Source: an uncultured Methanosarcinales archaeon
GTDB taxonomy: Archaea; Nanobdellota; Nanobdellia; Woesearchaeales; DSVV01
NCBI GenBank assembly: GCA_964469935.1
Contig: CAYXZQ010000005.1
Span: forward strand, 1 to 57,670
DNA length: 57,670 bases
Direction: 5' to 3'
The position numbers and the translations under genes were made by a program. Positions 26,819-36,712 of this stretch are shown here, piece after piece; positions within the stretch are counted from its first letter, which is position 1; each line of letters opens with the position of its first letter. The notes beneath the pieces were generated by a model. The model worked only from the letters and a program-made list of their open reading frames with translations. It ran no database searches and was not told where the DNA came from.

Positions 26819-27537
26819 TGAGAATGGTTGATGTCGACAAGGCAGTGGTCGCACGTTACAGGTTCGAGGGCCAGAATTTCGAGGTCCTGGTAGACTGTGA
26901 TGCGGCTCTTGAGTTGAGGGGCGGAAAAGAGATTCCCGTCGATGACATACTTGCAGCTGACAAGGTCTTTCTTGACGCGAAGAAAGGGCTTCTCGCATCC
27001 GAAGCGCAGATGCAGAAGGCATTCGGCACGGCAGATGTATCAGAGGTTGCCGAGAAGATAATTAAGAAGGGCGAGATACAGGTCACTGCAGAGCACAGGC
27101 AGAGGCTGCGGGAGCAGAAGAGGAAGAAGATTCTTGACATGATCCGCAGGAACGGAGTGGACCCAAAGACCAACCTGCCTCATCCTGCAAGCAGGCTCGA
27201 GCTCGCGTTCGAAGAGGCGAAGGTGAAGATCGACGAGCACAGGAGGGCTGAGGACCAGGTCGAGGCCATTGTCAAGCAGCTCAGGCCGATTCTTCCGATA
27301 CGTTTCGAGAAGAGGGAGATAGCTATCAGGATACCGGCCGAATACACAGGCAAGGCTTATTCTGCTGTATCCGGGTTCGGCAGGCTCAAGAAGGATGAAT
27401 GGCTGAATGACGGCTCCTGGGCGTGCGTTGTGGAGATTCCCGCAGGGATGCAGGGCGATCTTTTCGATCACATAAACAAGATAACACAGGGAAATGTGGA
27501 AACCAAGGTTTTGAAGAGTGAAGAAGGTGAACAATGA
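26815..27537 (+). CDS. Ribosome maturation factor SBDS/Sdo1
   Basis: FEVLVD, VFLDAKKG..AS, IIKKGEIQVT, DPKTNLPHP; canonical position after psmA. Confidence 0.95.
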   Translation: MMRMVDVDKAVVARYRFEGQNFEVLVDCDAALELRGGKEIPVDDILAADKVFLDAKKGLLASEAQMQKAFGTADVSEVAEKIIKKGEIQVTAEHRQRLREQKRKKILDMIRRNGVDPKTNLPHPASRLELAFEEAKVKIDEHRRAEDQVEAIVKQLRPILPIRFEKREIAIRIPAEYTGKAYSAVSGFGRLKKDEWLNDGSWACVVEIPAGMQGDLFDHINKITQGNVETKVLKSEEGEQ

Positions 27538-28355
27538 TGACAAATCTGATTGTTAAGGAAAAAAGCATAGTTGTGCCGGGCGAGATCCTGGCAGAAGGAA
27601 TGGACAACCTCCCAGGATTCGGGACGTACAGGGCGGACAACAGGATTCTTGCGTCCAGGCTCGGGATAATAGTCCTCGACGGCAGGGCGCTCAAGATAAT
27701 ACCTGTCTCAGGCTGCTACAACCCGAAGACCAACGACGTGATCATCGGCAAGGTAATTGACGTGACCATGAGCGGCTGGAGGATAGATACGAATTCAGCA
27801 TATACTGCGATGCTGATGCTCAAGGACGGCTCATCCGAATACATCGCGAGGGGCGCGGACCTGACCTCATATTACCAGCTAGGCGATTACGTTGTCTGCA
27901 AGATAATCAAGATGACAAGCCAGAGGCTGATCGACCTGACAATGAAGGGTCCCGGGCTCAAGAAGCTCAAGGGCGGAAGGATTGTCAATGTCAATCCCTA
28001 CAAGGTGCCGAGAATCATCGGCAAGCAGGGCTCGATGGTGACAATGGTCAAGCAGGCGACGAACTGCCAGATAATCGTGGGGCAGAACGGCCTTATATGG
28101 CTTCTCGGGGAACCGGAAGACGAGGCACTTGCTGTTAAGACAATAAAGAAGATAGAGGCTGAGTCCCATCACCCCGGCCTGACCGAGAAGATTAAGGCGT
28201 TCCTTGACAAGAATGCAAGGAAGGGCGGCAGTCCGGCCCAGGCAAGAGGACCGGTCCGGCGAGATGACCAGCAGGAGGCTTCCCAGGAAAGGAGGCCACA
28301 GCCGCAAGAGAGCAGGTCGGATGATGCACAGGCAGGAAACGGTGAATCAAGATGA
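27534..28355 (+). CDS. rrp4: Exosome RNA-binding subunit Rrp4
   Basis: IVVPGEIL, S1 domain, KH motif KVPRIIGKQGSM, IVGQNGLIW. Confidence 0.95.
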   Translation: MMTNLIVKEKSIVVPGEILAEGMDNLPGFGTYRADNRILASRLGIIVLDGRALKIIPVSGCYNPKTNDVIIGKVIDVTMSGWRIDTNSAYTAMLMLKDGSSEYIARGADLTSYYQLGDYVVCKIIKMTSQRLIDLTMKGPGLKKLKGGRIVNVNPYKVPRIIGKQGSMVTMVKQATNCQIIVGQNGLIWLLGEPEDEALAVKTIKKIEAESHHPGLTEKIKAFLDKNARKGGSPAQARGPVRRDDQQEASQERRPQPQESRSDDAQAGNGESR

Positions 28356-29074
28356 GCTACGATAAAAGACATGACAACAGGAAATTAGATGAATTGAGGC
28401 CCATAGTCGCAAAGGCAGGGGTCATACCCAATGCAGTGGGCTCAGGCTATTTCAAGATAGGCGACACTGAGGCGTATGCGACAGTCTACGGCCCGAGGGA
28501 CCTCTACCCGAGGTTCCTTCAGGACCCGGCTAAGGGTGTACTGAGGTGCAGCTACAACATGATGCCATTCTCAGGAATGGGCGACAGGGTCCGTCCCGGG
28601 ACGAACAGGAGGTCCAAGGAGATATCGATGGTCACGGAGAAGGCGCTCCTGCAGGTAGTCGATCTTCATGAGTTCCCGAATGCAGTTGTGGACGTCTTTA
28701 TAGAGCTTCCTCAGACAGACGCAGGCTCCAGGTGCGCAGGTATCTGCGCAGCATCGATTGCACTTGCTGATGCGGGCATCTCAATGAAGGACATGGTAGC
28801 TGCGGTCTCTGTCGGTAGGGTGGATGACAAGCTTGTCATCGACCTTGACTACAAGGAAGAGGCATATGACGGCGGTCCGGTCGCAGACATCCCTATCGCT
28901 ATGATACCATCGACAGGCATGATTACCCTGCTCCAGATGGACGGTGAGGTCTCTAGGGATCAGCTCATGGAAGGTTTCAAGCTGGTCAAAGAGTCGATCC
29001 TTAAGATAAATGAGATGCAGAAGAATGCGCTGAAGGAGAAATACAGGATTAATGGTGATAACAATGAACAATGA
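28352..29074 (+). CDS. rrp41: Exosome subunit Rrp41
   Basis: RNase PH fold: ELRPI, VYGPR, RRSKEIS, DAGSRCAGI, LADAGI, LLQMDG. Confidence 0.95.
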   Translation: MSYDKRHDNRKLDELRPIVAKAGVIPNAVGSGYFKIGDTEAYATVYGPRDLYPRFLQDPAKGVLRCSYNMMPFSGMGDRVRPGTNRRSKEISMVTEKALLQVVDLHEFPNAVVDVFIELPQTDAGSRCAGICAASIALADAGISMKDMVAAVSVGRVDDKLVIDLDYKEEAYDGGPVADIPIAMIPSTGMITLLQMDGEVSRDQLMEGFKLVKESILKINEMQKNALKEKYRINGDNNEQ

Positions 29075-29834
29075 ATTCAAGCAGCACCTTGAGAAATCGC
29101 TTTCAAAAAACATCAGGATAGACGGGAGGAAGCTCGATGAGTACCGGAAGGTGTCAGTCGAGTACGGGGTTTCCAAGACCGCAGAGGGCTCTGCAAGGGT
29201 TAGGTTCGGCGAGACTGATGTCATCGCAGGAATCAAGATGGAGATAGCCCAGCCGTTCCCTGACAGGCCTGAGGAAGGGGCAATCATGGTCAATGCCGAG
29301 TTTTTGGCAATGGCAAGCCCGGAGTTTGAGTCTGGCCCACCCGGCATGCCTGCAATAGAGCTTGCAAGGGTTGTAGACAGGGGAATCAGGGAATCAGGAG
29401 CCATCGACCTGAAGAAGCTGATAATCAAGAAAGGCGAGAAATGCTGGATGATTATCATCGACATATGCACGCTCAATGACGCGGGGAACCTCCTTGACGT
29501 ATCGGCGCTAGCAGCAATAGCAGCCCTCAAGGATGCCCGCTTCCCGAAGTACGAGAACGATGAGCTTGACTACAAGACCAAGACAGACAAGGGCATCGAG
29601 CTAAGCAAGGTACCTGTGGCAGTGACTGTCTTCAAGATAGGCCAGAGCCTTCTTGTCGATCCGTTGCACGAAGAGGAGAAGAGCCTTGACGCAAGGCTGA
29701 CGATTACGACCACGGAGAAAGGCGTTCTTTGCGCGCTCCAGAAAGGCGGTGACTTCGCGATATCCGTCGACGATGTCAGGACGATGGTCGACATGGCTCT
29801 GGAAAAAGCCAAGGTCCTGCGCGGTTTCCTTTAA
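29064..29834 (+). CDS. rrp42: Exosome subunit Rrp42
   Basis: RIDGRKLDEYR, AEGSA, PFPDRPEEG, ELARVVDRGIRES, QKGG. Confidence 0.95.
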   Translation: MNNEFKQHLEKSLSKNIRIDGRKLDEYRKVSVEYGVSKTAEGSARVRFGETDVIAGIKMEIAQPFPDRPEEGAIMVNAEFLAMASPEFESGPPGMPAIELARVVDRGIRESGAIDLKKLIIKKGEKCWMIIIDICTLNDAGNLLDVSALAAIAALKDARFPKYENDELDYKTKTDKGIELSKVPVAVTVFKIGQSLLVDPLHEEEKSLDARLTITTTEKGVLCALQKGGDFAISVDDVRTMVDMALEKAKVLRGFL

Positions 29835-29854
29835 ATTTATTTTAATATTTTTTA

Positions 29855-29992
29855 TTAGCAGCCGCACAGGCTGAACGGGAATGGTATTATCCCTTTAACT
29901 ATGAGGACTGTCAGAACAACACCGATGATGAATCCGTAGACTATTCCCTTGAACACGTCTGCCCAGAGGCCAACAAAAGCTTTCTTGTCCAT
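29855..29992 (-). CDS. 45-aa membrane peptide (MDKKAFVGLWADVFKGIVYGFIIGVVLTVLIVKGIIPFPFSLCGC)
   Basis: Below the ORF-track cutoff. GGTGAT Shine-Dalgarno immediately upstream, TTTAAATA box further upstream, one TM helix. Confidence 0.7.
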   Translation of the reverse strand: MDKKAFVGLWADVFKGIVYGFIIGVVLTVLIVKGIIPFPFSLCGC

Positions 29993-30074
29993 TTTATCAC
30001 CGTTTTTTTCAGTTATGAATTCACTGGTATTTAAATGTGTCGGAAATGGGCACCGTCCGTCCGGCTTTGGTCAT

Positions 30075-30614
30075 TCAGGCGAAATGGTATATCTTCTTGA
30101 TCTTGATTATCTTTTTCTTGCACCGGATTCTGACATCATGCTTGAAGCTTTTCAGCGAAGACTTCATTTCTCTGAGCCTTGAATCGAATCCCCTCAGCTT
30201 TCCACGTGCCTGGCTGATCTGCTGCCTGATATGTTCGGGATTATTTGGGATCTTGCCCTTTCTCATTTCCTTGATGAGCTTCGCTTCCTCGCCATCAAGC
30301 CTCCTCTTTTCGCTTTTCATGTGGGATTCGAAATCGCCCAGCTTCTTCTCGATATCCTTGTAGTCGTACTGAAGCCTCACTGTCTTGACAAGGGCGAAAT
30401 GATGGACCTGCTCTAGAAGCGACATCTGCTTCCTTATGCTGCCTAGGAGGCTTATGATGTTTTTGGATTTCCTTGCCGCATCCGCCTCCCTGTCGACAGC
30501 GCTGATCTCCTTGATGATCTTTATGATATTGCTGTTCAGTGCCTGCTCGGTCCCGAAATTCTTGAGCTCTCCGACGCCCCTTCCCTTGCGCAGCAGAAGT
30601 TCCTTGAGTCCCAT
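30075..30614 (-). CDS. Hypothetical basic coiled-coil protein
   Basis: 179-aa ORF filling the gap; K/R-rich and helical; TATA-like TTTATAAA upstream. Confidence 0.55.
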   Translation of the reverse strand: MGLKELLLRKGRGVGELKNFGTEQALNSNIIKIIKEISAVDREADAARKSKNIISLLGSIRKQMSLLEQVHHFALVKTVRLQYDYKDIEKKLGDFESHMKSEKRRLDGEEAKLIKEMRKGKIPNNPEHIRQQISQARGKLRGFDSRLREMKSSLKSFKHDVRIRCKKKIIKIKKIYHFA

Positions 30615-30709
30615 GCGCTAAACTTCATATTGTGGGTTTATAAATTTTTCCAAAAACTTTATAAACTGGTCGGATTCCCGTCAGATACATATTTTTGGAG
30701 GTTGCAAAA

Positions 30710-30934
30710 ATGGAATCAGCAAGGCCTTTTGATGCATTGAACCAGGCAAGAAATAAGAGGGTGATTGTCGAGATGAAGAACAGCCGGCAGTATATCGGCA
30801 CTCTCAAGGCATTCGACCCCCACATCAACCTCGTGCTTGAGGGCGCTGAGGAAAGGGAGAACGGCGAGGTCAAGAGGAAGCTCGGCGTTGTTTTCATCAG
30901 GGGTGACACGATAACTATCATATCTCCGGCATGA
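30710..30934 (+). CDS. Sm-like archaeal protein (SmAP/Lsm)
   Basis: RPFDAL, GTLKAFDPHINLVL, FIRGD; GGAGGT Shine-Dalgarno; precedes rpl37e. Confidence 0.95.
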   Translation: MESARPFDALNQARNKRVIVEMKNSRQYIGTLKAFDPHINLVLEGAEERENGEVKRKLGVVFIRGDTITIISPA

Positions 30935-30945
30935 GGTAGGGAAAG

Positions 30946-31110
30946 ATGACTAAAGGGACACCATCCATGGGCAAGAAGTCCGGAAAGAAGCTGCACATGC
31001 AATGCAGGAGGTGCGGCAAGAAGACGTACCATATGAAGAAGAAGGTATGCAGCTCATGCGGATATGGCAAGTCCTCGAAGTTAAGGTCCTACAAGTGGAA
31101 CAGTGAATGA
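30946..31110 (+). CDS. rpl37e: 50S ribosomal protein L37e
   Basis: Not in the track. [54 protein letters not shown]; conserved Sm-L37e synteny. Confidence 0.97.
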   Translation: MTKGTPSMGKKSGKKLHMQCRRCGKKTYHMKKKVCSSCGYGKSSKLRSYKWNSE

Positions 31111-31166
31111 TTCTTCGGGTGCATCGCCCATGAAAAATTTACTGGACTGTGCATAGCATTCTATTT

Positions 31167-31281
31167 GCGGGGGTGCCGGAGTGGCCAAACGGGACAGGCT
31201 TAGGCGGGGCGTATCGTCCGGTGCGTTCCAAGGAAACCTGTTGGCTTAGTGCCTACGCGGGTTCGAATCCCTCCCCCCGCA
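31167..31281 (+). tRNA. tRNA-Leu(TAG) with a 31-nt intron at 37/38 (31205..31235)
   Basis: Acceptor GCGGGGG/CCCCCGC-A, anticodon stem ACAGG/CCTGT, long variable arm, GTTCGAAT T-loop. Confidence 0.9.
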
Positions 31282-31587
31282 GCCTTTTTATTCGTGCTTT
31301 GCTGGAAAAAAAGCCTGTGCAAATCCTGTGCTGGTGCTTTTTTTAATAGAAAAACAGCACGATATTTCTGATAATTCGTACTACTCGACCCACAGGTTGA
31401 TGTTGCACTTGATTTGGGTTGATAAGGGCGAAGCCCTTACGTGGGAATCCCTCCCCACGGTAAATCAATCCAGGCGGGAATTCAACTGGGTTTATTAAGT
31501 CGTCGCTTTGGCTGCTTTTCAAAAAGCAGTATGGGAACATTTAACTCGGCAGATGTCACTTTTCAATGATACTATCCGGATGATATT

Positions 31588-33072
31588 CTAGAAACCGTAA
31601 ATATCTGAATACTTGGCATTGAGATAATCGATGAGCACCTTAGGTCTCAGCCCGCTTCCTGTCGTGTTCTTGACTATCTGCTCTGCGGTCCTTGTCTTGC
31701 CCTTGCTGTAGACATGCCTTCTCAGCCAGTCGATGAAGGGCAGGAAATCGAGCCCTTTGACCTTCTCCATCGCTCCGGGCAGTTCCCTGAACATCTGCCT
31801 GTGGAGCTGGGCTGCATATATCATGCCAAGCGCGTAGGTAGGGAAATATCCGAAATCACCTGCGGCCCAGTGGATGTCCTGGAGCAGCCCCTCGTTGTCG
31901 TTTTTCGGCACGATTCCAAGGAGATCCTGCATCTTTTTGTTCCATTCATTCCGTATCTGGCTGACCCTTAGCCTGCCGTTTATCAGGTCCCTCTCTATCT
32001 CGAACCTTAGGATGATATGAAGTATGTAAGTCACCTCGTCAGCATTGACCCTGACGAGCGAGGGCCTCACGGTGTTGACATGCTCGTAGAAGTCGCTCCA
32101 GGATGGCTTGCTGTCAAGATGCCTGCAATATCTTTGGCAATATCTCTGCCAGAACTCCCTGCTCTTGCCGATATTGTTCTCCCAGAGTATGGCCTGGGCC
32201 TCGTCAAGACCGTATGACGCCTGGTTGTATATCACTGTGTGATAATATCTCTTCGGAAGGTTCATCTCATACAGGGCATGGCCTGTCTCGTGGAGAGCGG
32301 CGAAGAAGGATTCGAGGGGTTCCTGGAATCTCGTGGTTATCCTTATGTCGTTCCTTGAGATCCTGGTGGTGAACGGATGTGGGGATGTGCTCACGATGAC
32401 CTTCTCGTCCGAGATTCCCATGGTCTTCAGAAACTCGGTTATGATTTCCTTCTGCTCCCTTTTCCTAATCCTTAACTGCAGGGGCTTCTGCTCCCCGTAC
32501 TTCCTGGTGGCTCTTATCTTCTGCAGGATGCCTGCGAGCCCGGGCCCGAGGTACCTGAATATGTCTTCGTACCTCTGTGCGCTCATCCCCGGCTCGTATT
32601 CCCTTATGAGAACATCATAGGGCTGGGCAGAGGGATCTAGCATAATAGCCTGCTGCCTCTTGAGCTCGACCATCTTCTTGAGGTATGGCGAGAACAGGGA
32701 GAGATCATTGACCTTCCTTGCCTGCTTCCATCTCTCCTGGCTGATGACAGAATGCTTGACAAGAAGCTTCCTGAATCCAGGGGTGATCAGCCTTGCCTTG
32801 TCGATCTGGCTCTCAAGCTCGCTGATTATTATCTGTTCAGTCTTTGAGATATTGCCTGACTTGAGCCTCGAAATTGCCTGGGAAAGCCCCTCGGAAGTCA
32901 TCCTTTCCTGAATCAGGTTCTCTATGAACTTCACCTGCTCGGACCTGCCGTAGAGTGCGGCCCCGGGCATGTTGGTGTTCTCGTCCCAGTCAAGAAGCGC
33001 GGATATGCCCCTGAGTATTGATATCTCTTTTTGGGCATTGTAAATGTATTCGATGTCAGGTTCCCTGGGCAT
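31588..33072 (-). CDS. Carboxypeptidase, M32 family
   Basis: WD..T.MP, HPF, DIRITTR, HETGHALYE, RVNADEVTY, QDIHW, GYFPTY. Confidence 0.93.
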   Translation of the reverse strand: MPREPDIEYIYNAQKEISILRGISALLDWDENTNMPGAALYGRSEQVKFIENLIQERMTSEGLSQAISRLKSGNISKTEQIIISELESQIDKARLITPGFRKLLVKHSVISQERWKQARKVNDLSLFSPYLKKMVELKRQQAIMLDPSAQPYDVLIREYEPGMSAQRYEDIFRYLGPGLAGILQKIRATRKYGEQKPLQLRIRKREQKEIITEFLKTMGISDEKVIVSTSPHPFTTRISRNDIRITTRFQEPLESFFAALHETGHALYEMNLPKRYYHTVIYNQASYGLDEAQAILWENNIGKSREFWQRYCQRYCRHLDSKPSWSDFYEHVNTVRPSLVRVNADEVTYILHIILRFEIERDLINGRLRVSQIRNEWNKKMQDLLGIVPKNDNEGLLQDIHWAAGDFGYFPTYALGMIYAAQLHRQMFRELPGAMEKVKGLDFLPFIDWLRRHVYSKGKTRTAEQIVKNTTGSGLRPKVLIDYLNAKYSDIYGF

Positions 33073-33095
33073 CCAGGCATTGATTCCATCATAGT

Positions 33096-34505
33096 TTATA
33101 AATATGGTGTTTTGGTGCCCCTGTACCTGTCTGAGAAAGTTTCCCTGGCTTTAACAAGCCGGATGCTATTGCCTGAGAATGCCGCATAGGCAGCTGTCGG
33201 CTGCTGCCATCTCCATGCTGTCGAGAAAGTGTATGCGCCCTGGTGCATCACTGCGAGGAAGTCGCCTTTCCTGCATCTTTCTCCGAAATACGCGCTTCCG
33301 AAATGATCGTCAGGGTCGCAGAGAGGGCCGAAGATACGTGCCCTCTGTATGCTTCCAGAAGGTCTTGTGATGTTCACGACAGGGAAGTATTCGAGGTCGA
33401 AGGCAGAGCTTCCTATAAGGTTGATTCCCCCGTCGACAAATATGCCCTGCTTTCTTACTGAGACGACGCGGAGCAGGATATAGGTCGCCAGGGATGAGAT
33501 GTATCTTCCTGGCTCGGCCCATATCTCTATATCTTTGAGCGGGCCTGTGCAGTGTCTTTTTACAGCTGCGCCTATCTTTTGGGCAAAAGCCTCTATCTCC
33601 TCTATCTTTTCAGGCTTTATCATGCCCAGGCGGCTGTCTCTCTTGTCCGCAATCTCTAAGAGCCCCCCTTTCTTCGTCGCGGAAAAGAGCGTTCCGCTCC
33701 CCTCTGCAAGGAACCCTCCGCCGATGTCCAGAAACCTCAGTCCAGCAAGCTCCTCTTTTGAGAAATTCCTCTTTAAAAAACCGGCAATCTTTTTAATGTC
33801 GTCGACATAAGCTTTCGGGCCTTTGTTCCAGCTCGCATGGAAATGCACCCCTGCCCATGCAAGCCCTTTCTCTTTCGCCATCCCTGCCGCTTCAGCTAGC
33901 TCATCCAGCTCAAGCCCGAATTTCTTCCACTCATGCCTTATCCTGAAGCTAATCCTTGTCTTCTGGGTTCTTTTGCCGCTGCCAACCGCCTGCAGCTCAT
34001 TGAGCCTCGCGACATCCAGGAGCTCGTCGAGATTGTCGATATTGATGACGACCCTGTCCCGGTGCTTCAATGCAAGCCCAAGTTCTGCCTCTGATTTCAC
34101 AGGCGCAGTATATATTATGTTCCTGAACCCGAGATTCAGCGCAAGCTCAAGCTCCAGCCCGCTCGCCACATCGGCTTCAAAGCCTTCGCTTTTGAGGATG
34201 CTTATCAGATGGGGGAGGTCGTTGCTCTTGAATGCATAGAAGAATCTCATCTTCGGGATGTGTCCTTTGAATGCCGATATGAACCTGAGCGCTCTTTTCT
34301 TCAGCATGTCCTCGTCAAGGACATACAGCGGGGTGCCGAACTTTTCAGCGCACGTGAAAAGCGCTACCCTGGAATCTATCGCTGCATCTGCATATCTCCT
34401 GAAGACAGACTCATCGCTGAGCTTGACTTCCTCTTCTAGGATTTCCCTTAACCTGTCCCTGAACTCTTTCCATTCCAGGGGCCTGTCCTTTTCTTTGGGC
34501 ATCAT
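33096..34505 (-). CDS. Fold-type III PLP-dependent decarboxylase (diaminopimelate/ornithine decarboxylase family)
   Basis: TPLYV, YAFKSN (PLP Lys), DVASGLE, KFG, HFH, DIGGG, EPGRY, GPLC..DD, GAY. Start at 34505 overlaps the ATP-grasp stop (ATGA). Confidence 0.88.
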   Translation of the reverse strand: MMPKEKDRPLEWKEFRDRLREILEEEVKLSDESVFRRYADAAIDSRVALFTCAEKFGTPLYVLDEDMLKKRALRFISAFKGHIPKMRFFYAFKSNDLPHLISILKSEGFEADVASGLELELALNLGFRNIIYTAPVKSEAELGLALKHRDRVVINIDNLDELLDVARLNELQAVGSGKRTQKTRISFRIRHEWKKFGLELDELAEAAGMAKEKGLAWAGVHFHASWNKGPKAYVDDIKKIAGFLKRNFSKEELAGLRFLDIGGGFLAEGSGTLFSATKKGGLLEIADKRDSRLGMIKPEKIEEIEAFAQKIGAAVKRHCTGPLKDIEIWAEPGRYISSLATYILLRVVSVRKQGIFVDGGINLIGSSAFDLEYFPVVNITRPSGSIQRARIFGPLCDPDDHFGSAYFGERCRKGDFLAVMHQGAYTFSTAWRWQQPTAAYAAFSGNSIRLVKARETFSDRYRGTKTPYL

Positions 34506-35800
34506 TCTTTCTCCTTCTCGATCTCGATGACTGTCTTTTCCCTCACCAGCCTTATGAGCTCTGGTATCTTTTTCTGCTCCACGCCCCTGAGCATGACGTA
34601 TCCAAGCTGAAGCTTCTGGCGGGACGACCTTATCGATTTTCCTGCATTGAGGTATTTGCATATCTCAAGCATCCCCAGGCTGTGCCAGTTCTCTTCGAAG
34701 TACTTTGTGTCGAAGACGTTTATCCTTCCAAGGGAAGGGGCGCTGATATAGATCACGAGACCGTTGTTTTCGGGGTCATCAGGGATCCTGTACCTGTTGC
34801 CGTTGCCGAGCATCTCCTTCATGTAGATGTCTATGCTGGTGGTCCTGTACAGATTAGACATAAGGTTGACGAAGGTGCTTATCCCCGGCCGGATCGTGGT
34901 CTCTATCACGTATATGCTGCGGTCCCGGACTATGAAGTCCATCATGCACACGCCCTTCCTTATTCCCAGGGCAGTTGCTGCTCTGCTGCAGACATCCTCT
35001 AGCTCCTTCACTTCGAATTCCCTGTCTGCCGGCCCCTGTGAGTCAGGATTGAAAAGGTATAGGGCATCGAAAAACCCGAACATAGAGCTGTATTTCCTCA
35101 CGACACGGAGGACCTGCGCCCTGTCTCCCCTTACTATATAATCGCATGAGTATTCATTGCCCCCTATGTATTCCTCGACCACGAACTCATGCCTCGGGTC
35201 GAATGTCCTGCCTGACGTCGCGTGCCTTGCGAGCATCGGGTCCTTCTCTGCCCTCTTCGCCATCCTGCCGAGCTCTGCCCAGTTCTTCCTGAACTCCCCC
35301 TGGCTCTTGTTGAGGTAGACATAGCAGCTTGCATATCCTGTGAGCAGCTTGAGGACATTTGGGAATCCTATCTCGTTTTTCGGCCCTGATATGAGCTGGA
35401 ACATAGGGACTTGCACACCATGCTCCCTGAGCCTCTCTCTCTGCAGATACTTGTTCGAGCAGAGATCGATGGTCTTCTTGTCATAGTACTCGAGCCCGAA
35501 CTCTGATGCGATCGCTCCTGAGAACCTGTAATGATGCTCCTCGTCGAGCCCGATGATCCCTGAAAGCTTCAACCTGTTCTTCTTCTGCCATTTTCTTATC
35601 CTGTCTATGAGTGCCTGCGGGCTCCTGAAGCTGTCGACAAGATAGGAGAAATCCCTCTTCTTGTAGGCCCTTATAGACGACCTGTCGCTGACCAGGAGCA
35701 GCCTCTCCTTCATCTCAAGGCTGTCAGCCACTGCCTTGAAATCATCCTCGTCAAGGTTCGTGACAAGGAGTATTATCACCCTCTCATCTGTGCCGGCCAT
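34502..35800 (-). CDS. ATP-grasp ligase (L-amino-acid ligase-like)
   Basis: CSNKYLQRERLREHGVQVP, GFPNVLK...G.AS, VVEEYIGGNEYSCD, IETTIRPG. Confidence 0.85.
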   Translation of the reverse strand: MAGTDERVIILLVTNLDEDDFKAVADSLEMKERLLLVSDRSSIRAYKKRDFSYLVDSFRSPQALIDRIRKWQKKNRLKLSGIIGLDEEHHYRFSGAIASEFGLEYYDKKTIDLCSNKYLQRERLREHGVQVPMFQLISGPKNEIGFPNVLKLLTGYASCYVYLNKSQGEFRKNWAELGRMAKRAEKDPMLARHATSGRTFDPRHEFVVEEYIGGNEYSCDYIVRGDRAQVLRVVRKYSSMFGFFDALYLFNPDSQGPADREFEVKELEDVCSRAATALGIRKGVCMMDFIVRDRSIYVIETTIRPGISTFVNLMSNLYRTTSIDIYMKEMLGNGNRYRIPDDPENNGLVIYISAPSLGRINVFDTKYFEENWHSLGMLEICKYLNAGKSIRSSRQKLQLGYVMLRGVEQKKIPELIRLVREKTVIEIEKEKE

Positions 35801-35869
35801 GCTCCGAGTCCCCCATCCGGGCGGAGATGACAGCAGGATTTATAAATTTAATCAACTATCTCCTCTTTC

Positions 35870-36712
35870 ATGGCGCAAAAAAGGGCTGCGGGCGGCGATG
35901 GACCGGACAGGGACTATGGAAAGCTGGAACAGTTTCTTGGAATCTTTGCACAAGACAGGCTGTCTGTCCTGAAGTCCATCGGGACCCAGCCGAAATCCAA
36001 TAAGAAGATGTACTTGCTCAGTGCGACCGCCAATCCGGCCAACCCGAGGGTGCTGATCTCGGCAGGGACCCATGGTTCAGAGCCTGCGGGCGTGTTCGCG
36101 CTGCGCGATTTCCTGGAAAACGGGGCGAGGGACATGTTCGCGCATCTCAATCTTGACATCCTTCCGTGCAACAATCCCCATGGCTTCGAGACAGGGCAGA
36201 GGAGGAACCCTGACGGCATCGACATAAACCACAGCTTCTTTGGGGGAGGGCAGAGCCCGGAGGCGGCTCACCTGATGTCGTGGTTCAACAGGAACATGCG
36301 GTCATATTCCCTCTTTCTTGACCTGCACGAGGACTCGATAGGCGACCTCGGCAGGGAGTTCTCAAGGGCGGATTATCCCGGGAAGTTCTACATGTACGAG
36401 ACCTGCGAGGACAGGAGCAGGCGGATTGGCAGGGAAATAATAAAAGCTGTGAAGGGTCTTGGCCTTCCTGTGTCCATGAGGCGCTCGATCTACGGCGACA
36501 TGAGCCGGGGCGGAGTCATATGGTATCCAGAAGGAAGGACAGGCAGGGTCTACCGGGACAGGATAACATTCGATGATTTTCTGGAGGGTAGATTCACGGA
36601 CCACGTAATTGTCGTCGAGACACCGACATTGTGGGAGCTGAAGACAAGGATAAGGGTTCAGAGGAAGATAATCGATATCGTGCTGGATTCGCTGCTGAAG
36701 CAGAAGGGCTAA
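35870..36712 (+). CDS. M14-family Zn peptidase/deacylase (succinylglutamate desuccinylase/aspartoacylase-like)
   Basis: SAGTHGSEPAG, NPHG....R, DIN, LDLHED, VET. Confidence 0.88.
   Translation: MAQKRAAGGDGPDRDYGKLEQFLGIFAQDRLSVLKSIGTQPKSNKKMYLLSATANPANPRVLISAGTHGSEPAGVFALRDFLENGARDMFAHLNLDILPCNNPHGFETGQRRNPDGIDINHSFFGGGQSPEAAHLMSWFNRNMRSYSLFLDLHEDSIGDLGREFSRADYPGKFYMYETCEDRSRRIGREIIKAVKGLGLPVSMRRSIYGDMSRGGVIWYPEGRTGRVYRDRITFDDFLEGRFTDHVIVVETPTLWELKTRIRVQRKIIDIVLDSLLKQKG

Noticed and set aside
31385-31535. 5S rRNA, SRP RNA or RNase P RNA
   Set aside because: I could not find their diagnostic conserved motifs on either strand; kept only as an unidentified structured element.
33096-34505. Assignment as lysA
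   Set aside because: Family motifs do not define the substrate and no dap genes are nearby, so the gene symbol is withheld.
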